In this document: one piece after another, positions 37,043 to 46,306 of the stretch
Numbering within the stretch: position 1 is the stretch's first letter
How the letters are laid out: every line of letters begins with the position of its first letter
Origin: a virus
Length of the DNA stretch: 64,000 bases
Strand: one strand, 5' to 3'
Virus record (IMG/VR): IMGVR_UViG_3300048924_000151
Location: 3,285 to 67,284 of that record
Made by a program: the position numbers and the translations under genes
Notes under the pieces: model-generated
Told to the model about the DNA's origin: nothing
The model's database searches: none
The model's input: the letters and a program-made list of their open reading frames with translations, nothing else

Positions 37043-37696
37043 ATGCCAATCTCAGAAAAGTCCGATCCGAACCAGTGGCCCGACCGCTTCCTTGTGATAC
37101 TTGCGCATGCGATGCATCGCGCTGAGCTCGCAGAGAACGCTGGCGAGACGCCCGATTACAACATCCTTCCTCCGCCGCCTGAGGCTGACAAACGCGGAGA
37201 TGTGGATATATCTATCAACGCTATGTTACACATCGCCGTTTTGGAATTGGTACCCGGCGACGAAGGCGATGCATATTTTCGCGGCAAGCAAAAGGCCGTT
37301 ATAACGAAGCTTGCGCAGCAACTGATGAACGGTGAATTTCGCGGCATGGACCCGACGCCGGATATTCCTTTCGCAGCGCGCGATAGCGCAGCGCCGGGAC
37401 GCGTTGCATCCTACAGCGAGCCGCGCGCCCCGAAGGCCCCGCGCGAGCCTAGAGCAGAGCGCCCGGCGAGCGACGGCCCGAAGGCCCCGCGCGCATCCGC
37501 CCTAGGCGGCAAGACCCTGCACAGCCTATGCGCCCCCGGCGTTAACCCGCGCGCTGCGGGATCGCATGGGCATAAGTCATTCCAGATTATTCTGGATAGC
37601 CCCGGCATCGAACACAGCGCATACCTCGCAGCCGGGGGGCGACAGGCCGATCTGGCCTATAACGTAACCAAGGGCTTCGTTGAAATCCGCGACTAA
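37043..37696 (+). CDS. Hypothetical protein with C-terminal paralog domain (3/3)
   Basis: NPRAAGSHG...DLAYNVTKGFV. Confidence 0.65.
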   Translation: MPISEKSDPNQWPDRFLVILAHAMHRAELAENAGETPDYNILPPPPEADKRGDVDISINAMLHIAVLELVPGDEGDAYFRGKQKAVITKLAQQLMNGEFRGMDPTPDIPFAARDSAAPGRVASYSEPRAPKAPREPRAERPASDGPKAPRASALGGKTLHSLCAPGVNPRAAGSHGHKSFQIILDSPGIEHSAYLAAGGRQADLAYNVTKGFVEIRD

Positions 37697-37709
37697 AGGA
37701 ACCACACTC

Positions 37710-38246
37710 ATGAAGAAGATGCGATTTGATACAAGCAAGCCGATTGCGACCTCGCTTGAGTTCTTCAACGCGGCAATGAACAGGGAGGTAAAACCCCCCA
37801 ATCCGATAGGGGAGAAGGTCGGCGGGTTGTACCTGAACATCGGCGCAGGGACGAAGGAATTCCCGTGGGCAGTATCGATGCAACGACCGCAATGGAACGC
37901 GCCGGACCCGTTGCCCTACAGCGATAATGTTATCGATGGTATCGTGGCTCTGCATTTCTTTGAGCATCTCAGCGGGCGAGATGTACCGATCGTTCTCGCG
38001 GAATGCGCCCGCGTGCTTAAGTCGGGTGGCCTGATCAACATCGCCGTTCCGCATCGTGCAGGCGGAATGTCCGTGCAGGACTTGGATCATAAGTCGTTCT
38101 TCATGGAACGAACTTGGGACACATTGCTGAACAACGAATACTATCAGACGTTCGGCAATGAAATCCCGCTCTACATAAATTACAACTTGATCATGGGCGA
38201 CGAAGAACGTACCCTTACGGTATTCACCCAGATGCGAAAGCCTTGA
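37710..38246 (+). CDS. Class I SAM-dependent methyltransferase
   Basis: LNIGAG motif I; HFFEHL; ECARVLKSGG. Confidence 0.8.
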   Translation: MKKMRFDTSKPIATSLEFFNAAMNREVKPPNPIGEKVGGLYLNIGAGTKEFPWAVSMQRPQWNAPDPLPYSDNVIDGIVALHFFEHLSGRDVPIVLAECARVLKSGGLINIAVPHRAGGMSVQDLDHKSFFMERTWDTLLNNEYYQTFGNEIPLYINYNLIMGDEERTLTVFTQMRKP

Positions 38247-38314
38247 TAGATACACGCCTCAGATTGTTAGCGCCCGGCGCGGCGAACGTGCTATAAACTA
38301 ACGTATCCTGCGGA

Positions 38315-40063
38315 ATGTATCAAATGATCGAATGTAAAATCGTCGGGGACCGCGCTACTGTCGCGGTCCCGCAAAGTATCAAAATGCTACTTCTTAGCAC
38401 GTCGCTAGAGGGCAGGCGCGTCTGGCTTAAAGGCGGTGGCCTTAGCATCGATGCGACACGCCATAACCTTGATAAGCTCAAGGCAGGTATTCCCGGTCTA
38501 TTCGTCACGGAAGAACTGAAGCCGACGCATGTTACAAGCCGTCGCAGGTTTACGTATGAGCCCGTGTTCCCGCCAATGCAGCATCAACATCGTTGTCTAG
38601 ATAAGATGTGGGGCCTTGGGCAGGGAGAAGATCAGGGCGCACGTTCGGACGGCAATCCCGTTACCGCCTTTGCGGTTTTCGCAGACGTAGGAACCGGCAA
38701 GTCAAAGATCAGTATCGACTTCGCAGGGCAACTATTCTCCAAAGGAATCATCGATGCGATGATCGTGATCGCTCCAAAGGGAGTGCATGAGCAGTGGGTG
38801 TACGAGCAGTTGCCCACTCACTATCAGTATCCTATCAATACAATTTTGTGGCCGTTCAAAGGCGATTTCAATTACACCACGCTCAATCCTAACAACCTTA
38901 CCGCGCTCTGCATAAATTGGGAGGCCGTTCGGACTGAGCGAGGGATCGAGGCGATGAATAATTTCATCGCGTATTTCAAAGGCCGCATCCTGTTAGTCGC
39001 AGACGAAAGCCACCGCATCAAGAACAAAGAAAGTGCGACGTGGGACGCTGCCGAGAAGTTGGGCAACAAATGCTCACATAAGATCGCGATGACCGGTACG
39101 CCGATTGGTACAAACCTGCTGGACGAGTGGGCGCAGATTTGCTGGCTTGATGAAGACATCATCGGCATTCGGTACAAGAAGTCTTTTACCAACGAGTATC
39201 TGATACTTGGTGGATACGACGGGGATCAAATCGTCGGCGTGCAGAACATGGACCGATTTCGCAAGCTGGTCGATCCTCATACGTTCAGCATTACGCGCGA
39301 AGGCATGGGGCATCCGCCTCCGGTAAGAGAGCGTTGGAGCTTCCATATGACGAAGCGACAGCGCGAGATGATCCGTGAGATCAAGGAAGACCTCGTCACA
39401 CAAATCGATACAGGCGAGTTGATGATGGCAGCTAATGCTGCTGTCGCATTCTTGCGTATGCAGCAGATCAGTAACGGCTTCATCGTGGAGAAGATCGATG
39501 TCGAAACGCAAATCGTCCATCCTATATTTCCTAAGCTTATGGACAATCCGCGAATTGCTGCCATGGGTGATTATGTTGACAACCACCCCGGCAAGCTAAT
39601 AATCTGGGCACGTTTCCGAGACGATATTAAATTCATCGCAGAGTTTTACCGGTTGACCGGTCGCAAGTTCGTTGAGTATCACGGCGGGATAGATAGCGAC
39701 GGCAGACGTGCAGCGGTACAGGGCTTTATGCAGGGTGACGCGCAGGGCTTCCTAGCGACAACTGCGACGGGCGGCACGGGCCTTAACTTGCAAGGCGCGT
39801 GCAACTATGATCTGTTCTACAGCAGCGATGATAATTTTATCACTCGCACTCAGGCTGAAGGCCGCATTGATCGTATCGGTTCGAAGGGGCTTATAACCCA
39901 CACCGACCTATTCGCCCGCGCCTCTATGGACGGTCGCATCCTAAGCAGGCATCGGACTAAGGCGCTGCTTACTGAAATGAGCATCGGGGACTTGCGCACT
40001 ATGCTAGTCACCGATGACGAAGAATTCGAAAAGCCTATCATCACTGCCGATAACTGGAGCTAA
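38315..40063 (+). CDS. SNF2-family helicase
   Basis: DVGTGKS, DESH, MTGTP, GTGLNL, QAEGRIDRIG. Confidence 0.9.
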   Translation: MYQMIECKIVGDRATVAVPQSIKMLLLSTSLEGRRVWLKGGGLSIDATRHNLDKLKAGIPGLFVTEELKPTHVTSRRRFTYEPVFPPMQHQHRCLDKMWGLGQGEDQGARSDGNPVTAFAVFADVGTGKSKISIDFAGQLFSKGIIDAMIVIAPKGVHEQWVYEQLPTHYQYPINTILWPFKGDFNYTTLNPNNLTALCINWEAVRTERGIEAMNNFIAYFKGRILLVADESHRIKNKESATWDAAEKLGNKCSHKIAMTGTPIGTNLLDEWAQICWLDEDIIGIRYKKSFTNEYLILGGYDGDQIVGVQNMDRFRKLVDPHTFSITREGMGHPPPVRERWSFHMTKRQREMIREIKEDLVTQIDTGELMMAANAAVAFLRMQQISNGFIVEKIDVETQIVHPIFPKLMDNPRIAAMGDYVDNHPGKLIIWARFRDDIKFIAEFYRLTGRKFVEYHGGIDSDGRRAAVQGFMQGDAQGFLATTATGGTGLNLQGACNYDLFYSSDDNFITRTQAEGRIDRIGSKGLITHTDLFARASMDGRILSRHRTKALLTEMSIGDLRTMLVTDDEEFEKPIITADNWS

Positions 40064-40064
40064 C

Positions 40065-40352
40065 ATGTCGCGGAATATACTGAGCAAACAGGAAATGAAA
40101 CTCTATGCGATGCTTATGGCCCGCGCGGATGATATCGTCCGTGTGGAAGAAATCTGCGCGCACATGTTTGGAACTCCACTGCTGCTTGTCTGTCAAGAAG
40201 ACATCGATCAGATTAACCGGATGATTCGAAAGATCAACGGTAAGATTGATGGCAAGATTAAGCGGACCTCCGGCCTAGGCCCCGGTCAAAAGGCGATGTA
40301 CCGCGTGGATCGGCCGATCCCGATGAAAGCGATAGAGGATAATCATGCATAG
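40065..40352 (+). CDS. Winged-helix (OmpR/PhoB C-terminal-like) DNA-binding protein
   Basis: LSKQEMKLYAMLM...VEEIC...IRKINGKI pattern. Confidence 0.55.
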   Translation: MSRNILSKQEMKLYAMLMARADDIVRVEEICAHMFGTPLLLVCQEDIDQINRMIRKINGKIDGKIKRTSGLGPGQKAMYRVDRPIPMKAIEDNHA

Positions 40353-40462
40353 CGTCTATCAATTCCCTTCGGGCCTAGATATTCTGACGATTGTCTTCTC
40401 GCTTGCTGCAATCGCCATATCTGTATACACAATAATTAAAGACCGCAGGAAAGATCGCAAAA

Positions 40463-40714
40463 ATGGAAAGCGTTAAGCCTCCGCGACTAAGTCGAAGCAT
40501 CGGTGAATCGCAAGGGTACAGGCCTCTGCACATCAGCGACCGTACCTACAATTGTAACGTCAACGGACCCGATACGCCGATGATGGTTACGCACTGGAGG
40601 CCCAGCCCGAAAGAGTTGGAAGCCCTCGTTCAGGGGGCGGTCATCGAGCTATCGATAACTGGCAACCAACACCCCCCTTTGCTGCTCGCAGTTTGGCCGA
40701 GTGAACATTCATGA
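40463..40714 (+). CDS. Hypothetical protein
   Basis: ORF with AGGA RBS. Confidence 0.55.
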   Translation: MESVKPPRLSRSIGESQGYRPLHISDRTYNCNVNGPDTPMMVTHWRPSPKELEALVQGAVIELSITGNQHPPLLLAVWPSEHS

Positions 40715-41121
40715 GCAGGGTGGCTTTGTACAGGCCTAGCGATAAGACCGACTATGCCGCTTTGCGAAGGATCGCCGATGAGGTTGAGAGAATACGTTCT
40801 CCATCTCGATTTGTCGATGTAGACATAATGCTTTCGATGGCTGGACTTCCTCGCGATACCTTGTATATCGATATGGGAGAAGGAAAAAAGAAGCGCGTTG
40901 TACACGCTGCTCCATTCTATACGATTGGATTCAACCCTGCGCGAGCGCTAGGCGGGACGATTGTGTTCGCTTCGGATATAGGTGCAGATGGATTGCCTAT
41001 AGTTAAGGTGGTGTTTGATACGTCTACATCTCCTGTTGTTGAGCATACCGGGATTGCGCGCCGGTTGGAATTCGCGCTATTGTCGGCGACGTTGAGAGGA
41101 ATTAGTCATGGCAAGTGCTGA
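40711..41121 (+). CDS. Hypothetical protein
   Basis: ATGA-coupled. Confidence 0.55.
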   Translation: MSRVALYRPSDKTDYAALRRIADEVERIRSPSRFVDVDIMLSMAGLPRDTLYIDMGEGKKKRVVHAAPFYTIGFNPARALGGTIVFASDIGADGLPIVKVVFDTSTSPVVEHTGIARRLEFALLSATLRGISHGKC

Positions 41122-41794
41122 AATGAACGAGACAGAGCAGGCGCTGTTCGCAGAGAACGAAAGCTTGCGCACGAAGCTTGCGAACGTCGAAGCAGAAAGT
41201 CTGCGGCGCGGCAAGATGCTTCTGCGATATCGTGATGTCATCGCTAACATCAACGACACACTGCAAGACGAAGGTGACCGCGCGTATCTAGGATCGACCA
41301 ACGACGTATACTCTATCAAAGAGATTTCAACCGCGTTGGAAGACTTTGGATGGGATCAAATTCGCATAGAGAGCGGCAAGCGCGACGTGTTCGCTGACCT
41401 GCGCAATGCCAATGCTTATATTCGGCTGCTCGAAGAAAACGGCGACCTTGCCCGGCTGGGCAATGCGAATGAAAAGCGCGCATTGCTTTGGGACCCTGAT
41501 AGTAAGCTGGACAGCAGCTTCCATTCGAACGAATTTGCCGGTGAGCTTGCTGAGCTTGCCATCGTATGCAATGTAATTAAAAAGCTTGAACGAGAGAGGC
41601 TTGGAATTAAAGGTTCGCGAGATACCGTTGAGCATCTTGGAAGTGAACTTGCTGATGTTGTTATTTGCGCAAGTAAGATTGCTGTGAGATATAAGATCAG
41701 TCTATGGAGTTATATTGTCGGCAAATTTAATGCGACATCAGAAGCACAAGGCTTTGATTGCTTTTTGCTGAGCAGTGCTAAAGAAGCCATCTAG
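41108..41794 (+). CDS. MazG-like NTP pyrophosphohydrolase domain protein
   Basis: NEFAGELAE...KKLER...LGSELADVVI...KFN. Confidence 0.75.
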   Translation: MASAEMNETEQALFAENESLRTKLANVEAESLRRGKMLLRYRDVIANINDTLQDEGDRAYLGSTNDVYSIKEISTALEDFGWDQIRIESGKRDVFADLRNANAYIRLLEENGDLARLGNANEKRALLWDPDSKLDSSFHSNEFAGELAELAIVCNVIKKLERERLGIKGSRDTVEHLGSELADVVICASKIAVRYKISLWSYIVGKFNATSEAQGFDCFLLSSAKEAI

Positions 41795-41887
41795 AACAAA
41801 AAGCTTTCCTTTTAGGTACAAAGCTAGTACCGTTCGAATGCCGGTATAGCAGCGGCGAAAAACTGCTTTTAACCAGAGAGAGAAACT

Positions 41888-42859
41888 ATGAAGAAGCCAT
41901 CCGAATACAAGGCCGGTGATAAGATCACCAAGGCTGCACCTACCAAGGCAGAGATTGCCGCAGCCGCTGCAAAGATCGCATCCGACAAGAAGGCCGCCGA
42001 AGAAGCCGCCGCGAAGGAAGCCAGCAAGGCAGTCGCAGTCGTTAATTCCGGCGCAACCGACCTCGTTACTCATGACGACTTCGGCGACTTCGCAGGGATG
42101 GGCACCGAGAATGTCACCGCCAAAGACCTTCTCATTCCCCGTCTTACGATCCTGCAAGACCTTTCCCCGCAGGTGAAGAAAAACAAGCCGGAATTCATCG
42201 AAGGCGCTGAGATCGGTCAAATCTGCGATGTCGGCATGGGCACGGTCTTCGAAGGTCCGATCATTTTTCTGCCGGTCTTGTTCCGGAAAGACTATCTGGA
42301 ATGGGCGCCGCGCGCATCCGGCAAGGGCCTCATTGCGATCCACGACAACGACCGCATTCTGAGCAAGTGCACGAAGGACGAAAAGGGCCGTCCCTTCCTG
42401 CCGAACGGCAACTACATCGCCGAGACGGCTCAGTTCTACGGCTTCAACGTCACGGACGGAATGCGCAAGTGTTTTATCCCGATGGCTTCGACCGGGCTGA
42501 AAAAGGCGCGGCAGTGGATGACGCTCGCTACCGGTGAAGTTCTGCGGCGCACGGACGGCAGCAGCTTCATGCCGCCGTTGTTCTATCGCGTCTATGAACT
42601 GGACACGGTCGAAGACAGCAACAACGAAGGCACATGGTTCACGTGGAAGATCACTCGTGGCATGAGCCTTCCGGAACTTCCGGCTGAGCTTTCCGGCGAC
42701 AGCAACTGGCATGCACTCCGCGACCGCTGCATGGAATTCCACAAGAGCCTCGTCACCGGCGTGGACAAGGCAGACTTCGAAGAACCCGGCGAGCACGATT
42801 TGCGAACCGGCGAGGTTTCCGGCGATCAGTCCGGCGACGACACCGAAAGCAAGATGTAA
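41888..42859 (+). CDS. Putative ssDNA-binding/annealing protein
   Basis: DLLIPRLTILQDLSPQV motif, acidic C-tail, position in replication module. Confidence 0.6.
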   Translation: MKKPSEYKAGDKITKAAPTKAEIAAAAAKIASDKKAAEEAAAKEASKAVAVVNSGATDLVTHDDFGDFAGMGTENVTAKDLLIPRLTILQDLSPQVKKNKPEFIEGAEIGQICDVGMGTVFEGPIIFLPVLFRKDYLEWAPRASGKGLIAIHDNDRILSKCTKDEKGRPFLPNGNYIAETAQFYGFNVTDGMRKCFIPMASTGLKKARQWMTLATGEVLRRTDGSSFMPPLFYRVYELDTVEDSNNEGTWFTWKITRGMSLPELPAELSGDSNWHALRDRCMEFHKSLVTGVDKADFEEPGEHDLRTGEVSGDQSGDDTESKM

Positions 42860-42933
42860 CATACCTCCTGTCTATCAATACCCCGTGCGCAATAACGCGC
42901 ACGGGGAACGACGGAACATAAGTGGAGATTGTT

Positions 42934-43521
42934 ATGTCAAATGCAGACGACTTTGACGTCGGCGCAGAATTGGCCCCGGCAGGACCGTTAGCCGCACTCA
43001 GGGCACTAGCCGACGAAGCATCGGCTTTGGATGAAGAAATCGAAGCCATCGAAAGCCTTCTGGAGATTAAGAAGGCTGAGATGACTGAGATCAAAACTAT
43101 AAAGATGCCGAAAATCATGATCGAGTCAGGCGTTCCATTGCTTGATGTCGGCCTCCGGCGTTTCGAATTGCAGAAATTCGTTTCCGGCAAATTACCGGAA
43201 GAAGAACCGCAGCGGACTACAGCAATTGAAAAGCTGATGGAATACGAAGGAGGTGGTATCATTACCGCAGACGTTACCGTTCAGTTCGGTCGCGGAGATC
43301 ACAACGCTTTCGTTTCTCTCCGTGAAGAACTGAAAGAACGCGGCTTTGCGGTGACAGCAGATACCGAAAAGGTCCATGCGTCATCTTACTGCGCATTCTT
43401 GCGAAGGCGTCTGGAAGACGGGAAAGATATCGATGCTGATATCATGAACGTCCACTTCGGAGATATCGTGAAAATAAACAAAGTGCCGAAAGCATTGCTC
43501 AAGAAAAGAGGATTGGCATAA
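42934..43521 (+). CDS. Conserved replication-module hypothetical protein
   Basis: Coiled-coil N-terminus; follows SSB-like gene. Confidence 0.6.
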   Translation: MSNADDFDVGAELAPAGPLAALRALADEASALDEEIEAIESLLEIKKAEMTEIKTIKMPKIMIESGVPLLDVGLRRFELQKFVSGKLPEEEPQRTTAIEKLMEYEGGGIITADVTVQFGRGDHNAFVSLREELKERGFAVTADTEKVHASSYCAFLRRRLEDGKDIDADIMNVHFGDIVKINKVPKALLKKRGLA

Positions 43522-44165
43522 TGTCTACTATCAACGACATCGCGAAGATGGAAGAAGAACTGGCGTCGCTTCGTCTCGCTCGCCAGACCGACCAGCATAT
43601 GCTCTCCATGCAGGACTTCGAACTCCGAAGCCTCCGAAGCGACAACATCACGCTTCGCGGAAGGATTGAAGAAGAACTCATGCGGGGTCGGGAGCTTGAC
43701 ACCCTGCTCCGGACCCTCTCTGCGGGCCTCGTTTCCGGCCTTGCGATCTATGCGAACGGCCGGAATGCCGCCGCAGCCGCAAGGCAGGGCGCGTTAGAAC
43801 CGGAGCCGGGGGCCGAAGCCTGCCCGGAGCCGGAACCCCTCTCTACGGCCTTCTCCGCAGGGGCGGAACCGGAGGGAACCCCCCGTTTGGGTTCCGTCAT
43901 TCCGGACCCGGACCAGAGGGTTGTTCCGGAGGCCGTAGAGAGGTTTGCGCCCCGCAGGGTACTAGGCCCGCCTATGACGGCTATGGACGTTGCTACGGGC
44001 CTTCCTAGCCGCACCGTGCCCAGGCAAGTGGTCCAGCATCCTCTTGAAGAACGGTTGGCATTGGCAGCGGACGGCATCGGCAGGCCGCACCGTACCCCGA
44101 TACCGGGCGGACCGGAATTCGTTGATCAGGAATTGCCTCCTATGTTCCTGAGGAATTCGAAGTGA
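43521..44165 (+). CDS. Hypothetical coiled-coil/Pro-rich protein
   Basis: TAATG-coupled. Confidence 0.6.
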   Translation: MSTINDIAKMEEELASLRLARQTDQHMLSMQDFELRSLRSDNITLRGRIEEELMRGRELDTLLRTLSAGLVSGLAIYANGRNAAAAARQGALEPEPGAEACPEPEPLSTAFSAGAEPEGTPRLGSVIPDPDQRVVPEAVERFAPRRVLGPPMTAMDVATGLPSRTVPRQVVQHPLEERLALAADGIGRPHRTPIPGGPEFVDQELPPMFLRNSK

Positions 44166-45067
44166 GTTTTGTTGTCATCGGCGCAGGCATGGCGGGGCTT
44201 TTAGCTTCCGCCATGCTGAGAGGGGAATGCACAGGCGTCTATGAACGCGCGCCTTGCCTTCCTAATAATCACAGCGCGGTCCTTCGGTTTCGTTCCGCAG
44301 TCGTCGGAGATACCCTAGGCATCCCATTCAAGAAAGTGCGCGTCATCAAGGCCGTCCATCCTTATATAAATCCCATCGCTGAGGCGATTGCCTATTCTAT
44401 CAAGACCAATGGAACGGCATCTCTGCGCAGCAGCATCTCAGCGCGCGGTGAAGTCGATGATCGATATATCGCTCCAACTGATTTGGTAATGCAGATGGGC
44501 AGGATGTCGGTAGATAAGATCGTGTTCAGCGTCGATTTCAAGAACCAATTCGAAGGCCCGGTCATCAGCACTATGCCAATGCCGGTCCTTATGGAAGTTC
44601 TGGAGTATAAGCAGCGCGAGGCGTTTGATTTCGGTAGCTATAGCGGCACGAACATTATCGTCAAGCTTCGTAACTGTGACATTTATTCGACGCTGTATGT
44701 TCCCGACCCGGAAGTGCGTTACAACCGGGTATCTATAACCGGCGATGAAATGATCATCGAAATGCGCGGCACTATCGATGCGAGCGAAGTGCAAAAAATA
44801 ATCATCGATGCAATGCTAGGCTGTGGCTTTACAGAACCGGACTTTGCATTGTCTTACTCAGTGCGTGAGCAGCGTTACGCAAAGATACTTCCCATCGAGG
44901 ATGCAGCGCGCAAGCGCTTTATACAATGGGCATCTCGCGAGCGCGGTGTATTCTCTCTTGGTCGTTATGCGACTTGGAGGCCCGGATTGCTTATGGACGA
45001 TATAGTGAACGACGTTCGCGTCATTCAGAGAATAGCGCGCGACAACCACTCATACGATCACACTTAG
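44162..45067 (+). CDS. FAD-dependent oxidoreductase, UDP-galactopyranose-mutase-like
   Basis: N-terminal VIGAGMAG Rossmann motif plus VYER; C-terminal GRYATWR...MDD. Confidence 0.7.
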   Translation: MSFVVIGAGMAGLLASAMLRGECTGVYERAPCLPNNHSAVLRFRSAVVGDTLGIPFKKVRVIKAVHPYINPIAEAIAYSIKTNGTASLRSSISARGEVDDRYIAPTDLVMQMGRMSVDKIVFSVDFKNQFEGPVISTMPMPVLMEVLEYKQREAFDFGSYSGTNIIVKLRNCDIYSTLYVPDPEVRYNRVSITGDEMIIEMRGTIDASEVQKIIIDAMLGCGFTEPDFALSYSVREQRYAKILPIEDAARKRFIQWASRERGVFSLGRYATWRPGLLMDDIVNDVRVIQRIARDNHSYDHT

Positions 45068-45076
45068 GGAGCTATC

Positions 45077-45814
45077 ATGAACGTTCAGCTTATCGACTAT
45101 ACTGGATACGGCTCGCGCCATCCCGCAGACCACGCAGCCAATGTTCTTATCTTCACGAAGAACACCCGACTCAAGATGGAGCCGGACGGCGCAGCGCAGA
45201 TCGAACGATGGGACGCGGCTCGCAAGCTGGAAGAACTTACGTACATGGCGGCTACAATCCCGTCGTCGCACGAATTCGTCCATTATACGTTCTGCATTAC
45301 CGGCGTGTCGCGCGCTTTCACTCATCAATTCGTTCGCACGCGAACCGGTAGTTATGCACAGCAGACCATGCGCGTTCTCGATGTGTCCGGCTGGAGCTAT
45401 ACAACCGGTCCGACGTTGCACAATTTCGAAGGAACGTTTGAGCTTTGGGAGGATACGATGAAGACCATCGATCTTGCCTATCAAGAGCTCATTGCGAAAG
45501 GCGTATCAATCGAAGATGCGCGCGGCATCCTGCCGACGAATATCCAAACCAATATCGTCGCAGGCTTTAACCTTCGCACTCTCTGCGAACTTGTGCAGAA
45601 GCGTTCGTCTTCTCGCGTGCAGGGCGAATATCGCGATGTGCTTAACGGCATGCGCGCAGAGGCGATCCGTGTTCACCCGTTCGTGGAACTGTTTCTCAAT
45701 TCGACGCCGGTTAAAGCCGCTGACGATCTGGAGGCGCTTGTCCTTCAGCATATGCCTGCGGAGTTGCGCATCACGGCAGTCAAGCTTATCGACAAGTTGC
45801 GGAGCGCAGTCTAA
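45077..45814 (+). CDS. thyX: Flavin-dependent thymidylate synthase-like protein (divergent motif)
   Basis: HEF..YTF.ITGVSRAFTHQFVRTR..SYAQQTMR, EDARGILP, NLR. Confidence 0.8.
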   Translation: MNVQLIDYTGYGSRHPADHAANVLIFTKNTRLKMEPDGAAQIERWDAARKLEELTYMAATIPSSHEFVHYTFCITGVSRAFTHQFVRTRTGSYAQQTMRVLDVSGWSYTTGPTLHNFEGTFELWEDTMKTIDLAYQELIAKGVSIEDARGILPTNIQTNIVAGFNLRTLCELVQKRSSSRVQGEYRDVLNGMRAEAIRVHPFVELFLNSTPVKAADDLEALVLQHMPAELRITAVKLIDKLRSAV

Positions 45815-46305
45815 TGCCTGCAATCGTCGTTGATCTTGATGGCACGCTGAGCGATCATTCTCACCGTGCCCACCTCGCTATCAAGAGAGACTGGAACGCT
45901 TACAATGCTGCGGCGTATCTAGACCCGCCGCATAAAGAGGTCATCGAATTCCTAAAGGATGCGCGCGTTGGGTGCCCGGAATGCGAGCACATTCTGCTTA
46001 CGGCTCGCAGCGATGCGTGGTATATCCAGACCGGCGATTGGCTCAAGAACATCGGGGCAACGTCTCTGTTCGATACGCTGTTGATGCGCCCAAAAGATGA
46101 CATGCGCAGCGATGCGATCATAAAGCCACTTATGCTCATCGAGCATTTCGGCGGCAACATTGCACGGGCAAAAAGCGAAGTGCGGATGATACTTGAAGAC
46201 CGCACTACGGTTGTCAACGCTTGGCGCGAGATTGGCTTTAAGTGCTGGCAGGTCCGTGCAGATATCATGCACGAAGAAACGATTTACACTCAAGGCGGAG
46301 ATTGA
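45814..46305 (+). CDS. HAD-family phosphatase (T4 PNKP 3'-phosphatase-like)
   Basis: VDLDGTL, LTAR, LLMRP...K, EDR motifs. Confidence 0.85.
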   Translation: MPAIVVDLDGTLSDHSHRAHLAIKRDWNAYNAAAYLDPPHKEVIEFLKDARVGCPECEHILLTARSDAWYIQTGDWLKNIGATSLFDTLLMRPKDDMRSDAIIKPLMLIEHFGGNIARAKSEVRMILEDRTTVVNAWREIGFKCWQVRADIMHEETIYTQGGD

Positions 46306-46306
46306 A

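Noticed and set aside
41738-42862. 374-aa minus-strand ORF (also 62922..63800 + and 32842..33583 -)
   Set aside because: Antisense shadows of real genes with biased codon usage
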